Of a DNA stretch of 64,000 nt, positions 13,632-26,211 are shown piece by piece; within the stretch, counting starts at the first letter, position 1; every line of letters begins with the position of its first letter. Source of the DNA: Chrysomallon squamiferum (Eukaryota; Animalia; Mollusca). The notes under the pieces were generated by a model. The model made no database searches. It was not told the DNA's origin and was given only the letters and a program-made list of their open reading frames with translations. Made by a program: the position numbers and the translations under genes. The stretch spans positions 6,262,001-6,326,000 of the forward strand of contig CM022676.1 of the NCBI GenBank assembly GCA_012295275.1, written 5' to 3'.

Positions 13632-14269
13632 TAATATATAACTGAAGAATAGTAAGAAAATAAATACCATTATCACTTTTATTTGCTTTGTAAGTTTACT
13701 GAATTATTTTGGAGGGATATGAATATATATGAATATCTGTGTGTATGCGCATACCCACACCGTCACACACACATCTTGAACGAAAGCAATTTTCTTTTTT
13801 TTTTACTGTATCCTGCATTCTTAACATTAACGATTATCGACAATCACTCGATTCACTGTAGTGCACCTGTGGCATACACGATATATTACACAGACAATGA
13901 GACATGGTAATTAGAATGCAATTTCTCTTTACCTTCAACTTTAACCTGTTTCTGTTACATTTACTATAAATTAACATAAATATATTACAACAATAATTTG
14001 TGAGCAAGTTGTTTTCTAATTTACCGCCGAGTATTCAACATAACATTTATTGCTTAACCCGCGTCAGTCACTGTCAAACGTGCTATTTATAGAATCTTAC
14101 CTTCGAGCAGCTCTAGTTGTTGATGTACCCGAACCTCTTCAATCGCACCAAGGTACGCCAGACCGGGAGGCAATCCCGCTGGAACTACAGCCGTGGGAGG
14201 TGGTGCCTGCATCATCCCGAACTGCTGTCCCTTTTCCCCAGCTTGCGGTTGAGTTGCAATAGCTGACAT
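7607..14269 (-). CDS. PLSCR: Phospholipid scramblase paralog B, complete 6-exon CDS, 250 aa
   Basis: Exons 14269-14101, 12421-12344, 10840-10645, 9559-9448, 8861-8759 and 7701-7607 sum to 753 nt with consistent phases and GT-AG introns. Motifs PPGLAYL, HQQLELLE, GWEKNNKY, EDTDCCTRQMCG.LRPF, RPLRC...WCC.LQEMEI.SP.G and KAILLGATFLIDFNYFE match the PLSCR family. Confidence 0.95.
8385..8732. repeat. Long imperfect (AAT)n trinucleotide microsatellite
   Basis: About 115 triplets AAT/AAC/AGT/ACT in scramblase B intron 5; the paralogous intron has a shorter (ATT)n at 695-785. Confidence 0.95.
8759..8861 (-). CDS. PLSCR: Scramblase B exon 5
   Basis: IFRGDDESEESGQIIKHWGGCREVFGGANDFTLR, tag/gtgagt. 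Confidence 0.92.
9448..9559 (-). CDS. PLSCR: Scramblase B exon 4
   Basis: WTCWTPRYRVFDMNGTPLFTILGECCYCKCCADVIFK, cag/gtaaac. Confidence 0.92.
9595..9970. repeat. Diverged ~250-bp tandem duplication in scramblase intron 3
   Basis: tttgaattacaaa..aatttaaaaa..aaatct.ttatgtgattatttt..ccattctgt..caaggca.tcac occurs at ~9600-9720 and ~9840-9965. Confidence 0.75.
10645..10840 (-). CDS. PLSCR: Scramblase B exon 3
   Basis: DTDCCTRQMCGTLRPFVMNITDN...RPLRCQGSMFWCCYLQEMEIHSPAGVPIATIKQI, cag/gtgagt. Confidence 0.93.
10834..11657. repeat. 23-bp minisatellite (~35 copies) derived from the scramblase exon 3 acceptor junction
   Basis: Unit T(C/G)AGTGTCTGTA(C/G)AAAACAGAAA; its reverse complement TTTCTGTTTT(G/C)TACAG|ACACT(G/C)A equals the intron/exon boundary at 10841/10840. 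Confidence 0.97.
11760..12005. repeat. Degenerate ~40-bp minisatellite
   Basis: Recurrent acataaaatttaaatctca.tgttttataatttcagtta. Confidence 0.75.
12344..12421 (-). CDS. PLSCR: Scramblase B exon 2
   Basis: VVIGWEKNNKYRICNSADQQFMFAKE, cag/gtaaaa. Confidence 0.92.
14101..14269 (-). CDS. PLSCR: Scramblase B exon 1
   Basis: MSAIATQPQ...PPGLAYLGAIEEVRVHQQLELLE, donor gtaaga. Confidence 0.92.
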
Positions 14270-14470
14270 GTCGGATTTTGAAAGATTTTTTTTTTTTCTG
14301 TCTTCAACGCTTCTTTGTCGTCCTCCTAACTAACACCCGAAAAAATCTTACAGTTGCGCGCGCATTTCCAGTGGTCCTGTCCGCTAGGTGGCTGATCAAG
14401 TTATGCAGAAAGGGGGGGGGGGAAGAGAGGGAAAGGGAGAGGTTGAGCGTAATTACGTGTGCACCAAAAT
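14270..14470 (-). promoter_or_regulatory. 5'UTR/promoter of scramblase B
   Basis: CpG-rich island-like stretch (GCGCGCGC, TTACGTG, G/purine tract) directly upstream of the ATG in an otherwise CpG-poor region. Confidence 0.5.
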
Positions 14471-14641
14471 ATAAATAGTGGAAGTGAAAATAAACGAAAT
14501 AATTTCAAATGTCGAATCGAACGCTTCTTCTTTATATATATATATATATATATATTGTAAAATGAATTAAAAGAGGGAACAGTTGTAAAATCAAAAGCCC
14601 GCACCTTAGAAATAGCGGATATGTTAATATTAACAGGGCTA

Positions 14642-14696
<55 letters not shown>

Positions 14697-15255
14697 TGCA
14701 GAACTAAATTCACGAGGTGGAATAATGAACATGACTACATTTATCTTAAGTTTTTTTTTTTAACAAACAGATTGACACTTTCGATGAGAAATCTTCACGG
14801 ACGGATTCGAACTTCAGGAGATTGAAGATAATATGTGTACATGTTTAACATATTTCCAAGATTGTTCCCGGATTTCCGAAATCCGGCAAACAGAGATCCT
14901 TTAAACAGTGTGTGTGTGTGTGTTAAATATAATTGTCATAGTAGTCACCCATATTTGCTGTTAATAGTAGATTTTAAAAGTGCAGATAAGCTTACGGGAA
15001 TTTAAAATGTATGATGATATTAAATTCAAATAAATCTACATTTCCTTCTAAAATTCGTATAATGTGGCTTGTTTTCAAAATCATTTAACAATTCATTGCT
15101 TTTTCTGATAACTGAATAATGTTAAAGTAGGTTATTTTGTTTGGTAGTGAAAAAGGCAATCTTAGATCTCTGATTTAAAAAAAAAACACAAAAAAACAAC
15201 AACAAAAAAATGCATTATTATATATATTTTTGAAACTTTTTAATATAAGTTCAAC

Positions 15256-15570
15256 TGTGTTTATACATTACCAAAACTATACACGATGAATTCTGGGACA
15301 TTAGAAATACATAAAATAAGTAATAATAATAATAATAATAATGGAAAAATATAACTAAATTCCTGCAAAAAGTTTGGAATGAATGACATGGCAAAAGCAA
15401 ACTCTGCTTTGTACTGAAACAAAATTAGCATACACTGCACTGAAAAAAAAAAAAAAAAAAAAAGAAGATATTTATACACAATATTCTACATCATTCACTT
15501 CCTTCGTAGACTACAAAACTACAAACTAAACATCTTTATAAATATATATACACAGTTATGGCATTCGTTG
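15256..15570 (+). repeat. Dispersed direct copy of 21740-22051 (downstream/3'UTR region of ABCG)
   Basis: Near-identical ~310 bp from tgtgtttatacattaccaaaactatacacgatgaattctgggac to tatggcattcgttg. Confidence 0.95.
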
Positions 15571-17018
15571 AAAATACCCGGGCAGTGTACAGACTGAAAG
15601 GTAAACAAGCAGACGACAGACATGTATGTGCAGAAAGATATATAACTGTGCAGATTATCAAAGCCTTAAGCTCCTAAAGGTTCGTTAATAATCTCAGATC
15701 ATGTGATACCGAGATATATTCAGTGATGACGTAACCACTTAATAATGGCTCTCCGTGTCTAAAGACTAAATATAGCTCAAAGCAATGTAGATATGGTTGC
15801 ATTGCATTACATTGATAATATCTCTATTTTTTCTTCATTCACCGTAATCAGCACAGTCTATACCTGTTCCCCTATCTTTAAAATCATAGAAAAGGTGAAA
15901 ATAATAATGGAAATAGAGAAAAAAAAAAAAATAATAATAATAATAGAGAAATAAAAGAAAAAAGAACTAGAGATGAAAAAGTATAAAAAATAAAAAAAAA
16001 AAAAAAAAAATAAAATAAAAAATGTTAAGAACGACTAATAAGAAAGTGATAAAAATAGAAAAAAAATCTGTAAGAAAGTAACATAGAGTAAAGAAAAACT
16101 AAAAATTTTTTTAAAAAATAGAGAAATAGAAAAGAAAAAGTGAAAGAAAACGAACGAAAAAAAAAATAATGAACGGAAAAATAAAGTTAGAATAGAAAAG
16201 AAACGAAAGGAAAGAATTAAATAAAAATGAGAAAATTAAAACAAAGAAAAATGTGAGATTTTTTTTTTTTTTTTTTAAAAGAAAACGAAATGAAATAAAA
16301 GGATATGAAAGTACCTCACTATAAACAAAAATATATGTAGAGGTTATGACAATAAATGGCGGACAGGTAGAAATACAGTTGTAATAATAAACATATGAGA
16401 TGACAGCTATTCTCGTAACAGTCGGAGGAATCGAAAAACACTTTTCTTAATTTACAACAAACACTCAAAACCAGACATGCTGCTAAGTATGTTTCATTGT
16501 TTGTCACTGATTGACAACTGTGAGCATCTCAAACGATTCCTATTCAAGATGGCGGACGCGCGATTTAAATATCCTAAACACGGTATGAAAGGTTAATTAC
16601 TTGCTAATACCAAATAATTATTCTCAGAAACACGTCAAATAAAATAAAATAAAATACTACACTCAGTGGCGTGCAGATTGTATGTCCCAAAGACTCAAGT
16701 ATACGGCCTAGTACCGAGAAATATTACGAGAATGGAAGAGATTTTGAATATATAAACACAGATGTTACATAAAATAAACCCTTTATTCGATTTAAATGTA
16801 AATCAACCAAATTTATTAAGTTCTTTTCTCTGATCGGATGCTCCCCCTATCTGGATGCATGGGGCACCGCCCTTTCGCCATCCCCCCTCTGCACAGACTA
16901 CACTACGAAAGGAGAGCGAGACTATTACATCGCAGTCACGTATACCTTGTATTATATATCTTTCTGCGCGTTCATTTCTGTCGTCTGCTTGTTTACCTTT
17001 CAGTCTGCCCGGGTATTT
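15571..17018. repeat. ~70-bp inverted repeat pair (15571-15645 / 16952-17018)
   Basis: aaatacccgggcag..actgaaaggtaaacaagcagacgacaga..gcagaaagatatataa and its reverse complement. Confidence 0.9.
16664..16896. mobile_element. hAT-like non-autonomous element (MITE), 233 bp
   Basis: Starts CAGTGGCGTGCAG, ends ...CTGCACAG (right TIR partly eroded), GC-rich subterminal GGGGCACCGCCC; flanked by an identical 8-bp ACTACACT (16656-16663, 16897-16904), consistent with an hAT target-site duplication. Confidence 0.62.
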
Positions 17019-17972
17019 CTTACAGTAACCTCTTTTTTTGTTTTTTCTTTTTTTTTTTGTTTGAAAACGATATCACTTTATTTTTTTTGTTATTCGTTTT
17101 CTTTTCAATGTCAAAAGCGATGTTTGCTCATCTTTTCTTATCTAGCGTTTCACATTGGTTATGACGTTAGGTAACAGTTCATTCCAGTCTCGTTAATGTT
17201 TTTAGTACTGGTACTATCAATAAAAATACCTCCAAACCTAAGATAATGAGAGCAAAAACACATTATTATTATTATTATTATGTTTTTATTTTTCTGTAAA
17301 CTTTTTTTTAATCATCATTGTTTTTTGTTTTTTTTATGTTTATTTGTCATGGTTGAGACTAACCATAATACATTTTTTTTTTTTATACATCCAAGTGATT
17401 ATATTTGTTTTATTTACTTTTTTTTTTGTTGTTGTTGTTTTTTAGCAATGGACTTCTGACATCAGAATAAACAGTACAAGTGATCATTTTATTATTTTAG
17501 AAAGTTTACATGTAATGGAAATATTAAACAGAAATAATTTTATATCTGATAGTTTGTTCTGTAGACCAAATTTAACTAATGAATTAAAATATTAAAATAA
17601 AATAGATAGTTCTTAATTGTTTGTCTGTATTTGATTATTTATTCATAGTATTTAAGTTAAAATTAGGAATTAATAATACAATTTTTATGAAATAAATGAT
17701 TAAATGAAAGGTGCAATTTTTTTTGTTTTTTTGTTTTTGTTTCAGAGGATGTGGTATGATGGTATATAAAAATGAGGAAATTTCTTCTTGCAAAATATTT
17801 ATTAATTTTTGGGGGATCGAAGCAGTATAAAATAAAAATAATGAGAAAATGATTTCTTGCTAAATATTCACAAAACAATAATGTAATGAAATATGCACTC
17901 ACTGATACAGTAGAATCCAGAGTTTTATTTTCAGTTAATCAGATGCATAAATTTACAAAAAATAAATTAATA

Positions 17973-18010
<38 letters not shown>

Positions 18011-18480
18011 TAATAATAATTACAAAAGAAATAATAGCAATGATAATAAAAAAAAAAAAAAAATTCCATTTAAAATATTTCGAAAATCAACAATATTAAA
18101 TTAAAAAATAAGTGAATAATAATATTAATAATAATAACAAAATTTAAAACAAACGTAATAAAAATTCCATTTAAAATTTTTAGAAAATCAATAAAATAAA
18201 ATTTAAAAAAGAAAGATAACTCAACACGTAGATAATCTTTTTAATATATTTTTATTTAAATTCATTACTTACACAACGGTCAACCCACAAGAAGATGGTG
18301 AGTAGGAACATTTCATACACACTGTTACTATAGTGCAAATAAAATGGCTAATACAAAACATTAGTTACTTATTAGAAAGCGCATTAAAACAACAAAAAAA
18401 ACAGATTTAAGAGGCATTACCGACTTGTGAACAAAACCGAAAATATATATAAATAAGATAAACAATTAAAAATAAATTAT

Positions 18481-18524
<44 letters not shown>

Positions 18525-21369
18525 TAATAGAAAGATAAAATAAAAAAAGATTGAAAAATAAAAAAAAATTAAAAAAATTATTATAATCTACAAAAACTGA
18601 AAAAATTTCCCACAAAGTTCCTTCCAACCAAGATATTATATTTCTCTTCATAATATTTCAATTTCATTACAGTCGATAATATCCCTTATATGGACAAAAT
18701 GTCTGAATTTAATGTCTTTTTGTTTCATCTTTGTTGAATCTCGAAACAAAACTGCACGAAAAAAAAGGCTAAAATAAATTGAATTTTAAGCAAATGAACT
18801 AAATTAAAAAAAAAAAAAAAAAAAAAATTAAACGATTTTTGTAAAAAAAACCCCACATTTTTTGATATTTCAAAACTTGTTCTGTGCACCAAAATAAAAA
18901 GCAAAAAATATTTATCCAAAATTGTTTTTCTTCGTACAGATATTGACATATGACTAACAAATACAAAAATAATTAGCTTGTACCAGCAAAACTCTCCCCA
19001 CCCCCCAAATAAACATTTTTAAGAAATTTGGGCTCAAGAAAAAATAGACATTTTTAAGAAATACTTCTTGTGTCATTTTAATACATTTGATAATTTCAGA
19101 TTAAAATAATGTATGACAATCTAGGAGAAAAAAAAAAGTTTTATCTGTTTCAAAACAGATTTAGTATTTGACAAATTTATTAAAAATAGATTTCTCATGA
19201 CAAGTTGAGGTTTCTACTCTAAATAAATATGTACATCATATGCAGTAGCAGGAATAATAATAATAAAAAAAAAAAAAAAAAAAAAAAAATGACATCTGTA
19301 TGAAATCATAAAATGCAAAGATATTGGTGTAAGGAAGGACATTATAAATGCATTTTATTTTCAGTTTTTGTTCCAAAATATTGCACAAAATATTGACTTT
19401 AACAGTTAGACAAAAAGTAAGATAATTAGTTATTTAATAATAATGTAAATAAGAAAGAATTTAAAAAAAAAAAAAAAATTGCATAAGTTTAATTAACAGC
19501 AAAACATTGTTGAGTTGTGTTTTGAAAGTGAAAAATGATAACAAAATTATCAATGAATTTGTTTTTAAAATTAACGATCATATTTGGTTTTTGATTAGAT
19601 TTTCAAATATACTAAGTTTAAAAACAATGTAAAGCTAATTACTAACAATATTTAATTAAACATTCATTTATTAAAAAAAAATAAAAAATAAATAAAATGG
19701 TATATTTTCTTGTACACATTAATACAGATAAAGATATTATATCATTTATTGTTCTTAACATTAAAATAATTATATTTAACTTGTAATTAACATGGTTTTA
19801 ACTCAACAACAAAGTGAAGAAAAAGAAAAAAAATCTATAGCAAGCAAAATATATCAACCAACAAACCTACTTAATTTACAAAGAACTGTGTTAAACATCA
19901 AATTTTTTTTTTAAATATTAACAAACTAGATTAACAGATGAATACAAAACACAAAAAGAAAACAGTAATATTAAATAAAATAACACAAAAAAAAAAGATA
20001 AATAACATTAAAATACAAAAAGTTAACGACTGAACAGAACATTACTATCACAATTTTTGACACAAAATAAATAAATGCCTTTAGGTGTATTATTTTTTTA
20101 AACATGATTTTTTGTTTTATCTCGATTTATTCAACAAAAGTCACAAAACTGATGCAGCAAAATAAACTGTTTGAAAAGAGAAACAAAATATGTTTTGAAA
20201 AGCAAAAGTTAGCTATCTGAAAACACCACCTCAAAAATAAAAATTAAAAAACAAGAAAGTCCCAAACTGCAAGTCTTTGCTTACATAAATGCTGAAATAT
20301 TTTTTTAAAATTTGCAACTATCTTACTAAAAAAAACCAACCAAAACAATAAAACCTAAAAATATTAACTTAATTCCATTTTTCAATTATTTAAGACAAAA
20401 TAAAAAAATAATATAAAAATATTTTTTGTTTAATAATCTGAAAATAATGTATTTTATTTACTTTCCAATTTAAAAATTAGTTTTTTAATCAATTATTTAT
20501 TTACATGATTACATCAAAATACAATTTAGGATTGAGAATTTAACAATTAATTTTCAATTATTAGTCAAAAGTTTTATGTTTATTCAAAACTGGCCTTAAA
20601 TGAAGAATAAGCTGAAGATTACTGCTGTTATGTTACAAAATTAAATCCCCCGATTTTTAATTCTTTTTTATATATATTTTGTTTATCAATTCTGTATCAA
20701 CTTAAAAAAAAAAAAAATCTGTCAGTCAAAGTTACCATGAAATGAAAACAAACTAAATAACTAAACACACATACAAAAAACAAAACAATACAATAATGGA
20801 ATGGTGAAAAAAAAAAAAAAAAAAATTGTTGAACCCCACTGTTCAAGAAATTTGTAAACATGCTAGCTATTGGTCCTTTAGTCTTTTTGTCTTTTTAGTC
20901 TTTTTGTGAATGGCTCTCATTGGCCAATTTATACACGGAAGTGATTGGCTGATTTATCCACGGCAGCCATTGGATCATTTGTATGTATTTGTTAATGGTC
21001 CATGTTCAGTAAAACCATTTCTGGCAAGTAAAATTATTATTATTTTTTAATTTATTCCTCAAGAGACACCAAAATGTTATTTGTAAACAGCATATCAGAT
21101 TGGATTTTTATGCAGAAAACCAACTAGATGTGTTGATATTTAAATTCTACTGAAATAAATAAGTAGAGTCAATGCCTTACGGTTGTTGTGAGTATGTAAC
21201 CAAACAATAACAAAAATCAAAGTCAAAATATGTGTAACTATCATATTTTCTGTTTAGTTGTAAACTATCAAAACTTGTTGACAGATATAATTTGCAATCA
21301 GTGTTCATATTACAAATAACAATCTAATAAATCTAAAACACTAAGGAATGTGTTTTTGCATGCTTTCTG

Positions 21370-21411
<42 letters not shown>

Positions 21412-21739
21412 ATGTGTGTACATGTTATCATTTCTTTCTTTTAAAGGGATTCAACAAATAAAATACATTTGTAAAATAAATATGAAAATATCACAAAACA
21501 AAAGCACTAATGAAAGAAAATCATAAAATGAGACAAAGGTTTCGGACATCTTCACATTTTATCATCAGTCCAGCAGATTTCAAAATAATATCACAATTTT
21601 ATACATTACCAATATAACAATTATCTTCTCTTAATTTTTTAAATAAAAAATTCTTCTTTTTTTCTTATTTATTTTGTTGAGATTTATCACAAAACTTATT
21701 ATTATATATATATATATATTTTTTTAACTTTTTTATATG

Positions 21740-22051
21740 TGTGTTTATACATTACCAAAACTATACACGATGAATTCTGGGACATTAGAAATAGATAAAA
21801 AATAAATAATAATAATAATAATAATGGAAAAAAATAACCAAAAAATCAGCAAAAAGTTTGGAATGAATGACATGGCAAAAGCAAACTCTGTACTGAAAAC
21901 AAAATTAGCATACACTGCACTGAAAACAAGCAAAAAAAAAAAAAAAGAAGATATTTAAACACAATATTCTACATCATTCACTTCCTTCGTAGACTACAAA
22001 ACTACTAACTAAACATCTTTATAAATATATACACAATTATGGCATTCGTTG
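21740..22051 (+). repeat. Second copy of the ~310-bp duplicated segment
   Basis: Matches 15256-15570. Confidence 0.95.
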
Positions 22052-22593
22052 GAAATTTCTGATGCAATTAAATACGAGAAAAACCAAATTCTAAAAATCA
22101 TTTTTGAAGCAGAATACCTGTTGGTTAAATAAAATGTCACAAAACTTTACCCCTTTATTATTATTATTATTTACTATTTTAAAGGTAAAATTTATTTTCA
22201 AAATTTATTAAATAACATGTGTTAAAAAAAAATAAAAAATTTAAAATATCATTTTCTGTCTTAATTTATTTCTAATACTTAACCATACATTTTTTTGTTA
22301 GGCATCTAAGAAATTATTATTGAAATGATAATAAAATAAATTTTCAGTATTTAAAAAATGACTAAAAGATTAATCACATCAGAAATTTTCAACCATTTTT
22401 GAACAAAAAGGATTTGTTTAAGCATGAAAACAATTAACATGTTATTTAAAATTTTCTTGAGCAAAATACAATAAAAATCCAAATAATAATAATGATAATA
22501 ATAAAAATATTAATAATATGAAAACCAAAATAATGACAAAAAATAGAATAATAAAAATATAATATTATAAAACAATGATGACAAAATCAAGAA

Positions 22594-22633
<40 letters not shown>

Positions 22634-23321
22634 TGATGAAAATTAAACTAATAATAACATTAATAATAATTATAGATGACAGAGCCAATAAGAATAATTA
22701 CGAGAATAACAATAATGAAAAACAACAACAATAATAATAAATTAATAATAATAAATAATAACAACAATAGTAATGATAAACAAATCCTTTTTGTAGAAAA
22801 TATTTAAATTTGCATTGCTACTTGCTTTGACACACAATCTGGTGACACTGAGCACCATTACCAAACTCATCAGTGACTTAATACCATTATCTCTCGTAAG
22901 AATCAGGAGAGCAACAAGATGCTCTCCTTTACCCACTAGGAGAGCTTTTTTTAAAATGATGCATGCTGTGCTAAAAGTGTGATGAATAAATTTTTTTAAA
23001 TTTTTTTTTTTATAAACATTTATTTGTTATTAGATTCACATTATTTTTGTGACTATCAAATGAAAACAAGTTTTAATGAATATACTTTTCTCATTGCACA
23101 TTTCAAAAACAGAATGTTGTTAGTTATCAGCTAATGATGAAAAAAGCACCAATTTTTTGTTAAAATTTATATAAATTAATAAATATATTTTTGAGTATGT
23201 TTTAGAAATTAAAGTTTAAAATTTCAGGTACATCTTATTTTATAATCAATCTTTTTTTTTTTTTTTTTTTTTTTTTATTTAGATGTATTTGTAACAAGAA
23301 GATGTAAATTATTTTTTTATT

Positions 23322-23353
<32 letters not shown>

Positions 23354-25554
23354 TACAAGGTTTTAATCACTGATGAAGATTCAACTTCGTTTCACATTAA
23401 AAACCATTAACAGACTTCTTCTCACCCCTAATTTCAGCAATAGACTGATCCAAATAACCAGACCAGATAATTACGACAGCATTTATAGGTAATAATTGTA
23501 AATTTTGATTTATGAAAAATAATTTACATTAAAAATAATAATCATACAAACATTGCACATAAAAAGGAAACAACAAAATCTTTACATATAACGTCCAAAT
23601 TTCTAAGTTGAATAATATTTGGTATCTTGTTTGTAATAGTTATGTATTATTTTGTTCTGAAAGGGAAATAACTTCTGTTGAATTAGAGTTATCCAAAACA
23701 ATTCCCGTTAACACAACTAGTAAATGTTTCAAACGGACATAAATTACAAGTCTTTCACATTTCACATTCTGTTAAATTACAGTTCAGTATTGCATTGTCT
23801 AGTTCTCACCCATTATAATTTTCAAAACTGTAATACATGGGTTGTTTTTTATATAACCAATCTGTAATTACTTCAAATTCAATTTTCTAAAACATCTAAT
23901 AATTATCCACAAACCAAATTAACAGACATCTCACATATGAGAAATCCCATAAACTAAATATTTAAAAAATAAAATAAAATGCCACATAATAATAACATAT
24001 ATATACACATAAAATGAAAATATATAATAAATCAACAAACCCTACCCACATATAAAGAGAAAAAAACTGTGATAATTATGGTCCAATAAAATCCCATAAC
24101 TGCACAAAAAGACAGAATTACATTAAAAGAAAAACCAGAAAAGAATCAAATGATAGTCTTATTACATCCAAAAATTTACATTACTGCAGTTCTTGTTATA
24201 ACGTTTTTCTACTCTAATAATAATAAATTCTATAAAAAGGGGTGTTAGCAAACTCTTTCTCACATTTTATGTAACACTTTTCTTTAGGTTATAATAACAC
24301 AGCAATATGTCTTTAGACAGCTTTACATTCTTGTGCTTTCAAACCATGCTAATGTAGATACAGTAGCATGAACCTTTATATAATCACTGAACTATTCATA
24401 CTTGGCTTGTACAGTTTAGTTCACAGTGTCTACATATGCATTAAAATACAGCTTGTTGTATTATACACATCATAAATGTGACTTCTTGTACACTATTTTT
24501 TGCTCCTACCATATTTTATATACATCAGTATACATGCATCAATACAGTTGTTTAGAAAAACACCAGAAGTTGTTGTGCCAGTATATTTATATCTGTGCAT
24601 GAATGTACATCAAATTCTTGATTCTGTACATTATCACCATGCCTGAATGAACATCAATATTGTGGCTGGGTGTATATCAGACCATTTCTTATTTTCACAA
24701 CATAACAGCTCCTAAATGAACATTAAAAATGTACCTGGCCAATCTTCAAATCAGTTTGTTTGCTTCTGTATTCAACACTCCCTTAGCAAAATATTATTAA
24801 CACATGAATAAACAAGAATAAAGTAAAAAAAGATGCTTGAATTAAATAAAGCCTAACAGTGTATATAGTCTAATCACAGTCTTTCCTTCTTTCGTCATCT
24901 TGCAGAAACATTTAATTAAAAAAAATGTTACAGGTGAAAACAGTTTTAAATTGTTCTGGAAGTTCTGCAAAATAAATATACAACAAAAAAATAATAATAA
25001 TAATTTCAAGAAAAAAAATTAAATTAAAAAAATCATTAAATAAAAATAAAAAAAATCAATGGAGCTACTTAAATATAAGAACTGAAATGAAAATAATAGC
25101 ACAAATCAGTATTGTTTAAATAATTTAAAAAAAATTAAAAGTTTAAAAAAATAGAAGATGAATATTTTAACCACAGTTAAATCTATCATTCTTAAATAAT
25201 TGTTCTAAAGACACTGAATATTCTTAACAGCTTTTCTATTAAACAGAACTAAAAAAAAAAAAAAAAAAAAAAAAAACAACAGAAAAAAGAAAAAGTATAC
25301 ACTTTAAACTTAATCATTAATTTTCTATAAATCTCTTCTTTTTCGTACATTTTTTTGCTTATAATTTTGATAGAGATGTATTTTTAACATTTGTTAATTA
25401 TTATTTACAAGTTTGGAGCAAGATCTATATACATTTCCTGAGAAATTTAGCTCTTCTTTGTATGAAAGTTAATGTTACTTTTCTAAGATGAAAAACGTCA
25501 TTTGGCAAGCATGCTACTTTTGCACAAAACATAACAGTTTTTACCTATCTATTT

Positions 25555-25910
25555 TCTAATGTAATACTAACACATAAACATTTATTTTTTAATGTAATAC
25601 TAACACATTAACATTTTTTAAATGTAAAACTAACAAATTAACACATATTTAATGTAATGATAACGAATTAACTTTTTGTTTTAATGTAATATTAACAATT
25701 TAAGATAGTTTTTATTAATTTTTTTAACATTTATTTTTTCAATGTAACACTAACAAATTAACATTTATTTAATGTAATTCTAACAAATTAACGTATTTTT
25801 AAAATAATACTAACAATTAAATGATTATTCTGTAATGTAATACTAGTAAATTTGACATTTATTTTTTAATATAATAGTAACAAATTAACATTAATATTTA
25901 GTGAAGTACT
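25555..25910. repeat. Degenerate ~30-bp minisatellite
   Basis: About 11 copies of aatgtaatactaacaaattaacatttattttt. Confidence 0.85.
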
Positions 25911-26180
25911 AACCATTTATTTTTTATTGTTTTACAAAGAAATCAGCTTATTTTTTTAATGTGAATATAACATAATCACATATTTTTTATGTAACATAAA
26001 CAAAACACATTTATATTTTTATTTATATTAACTTACTTACTTTTTGAAGTCTTTTTTTCACAAATACTAACAAGTTAACTTTTTAACATAACAGCTAACT
26101 AGAGAATGTGATTTAACTGATATTATAAAGAAATAAGAATTGTATTATATCATATAAACACAAATTTTACATTTACAAAA

Positions 26181-26211
<31 letters not shown>

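Noticed and set aside
14795-14825. Pol III B-box GTTCGAATCC on the - strand (tRNA/SINE?)
   Set aside because: No A-box or cloverleaf; at most a decayed SINE remnant.
15720-15800. C-box GTGATGA suggesting a C/D snoRNA
   Set aside because: No D-box CTGA or terminal stem at a suitable distance; not in a recognised host intron.
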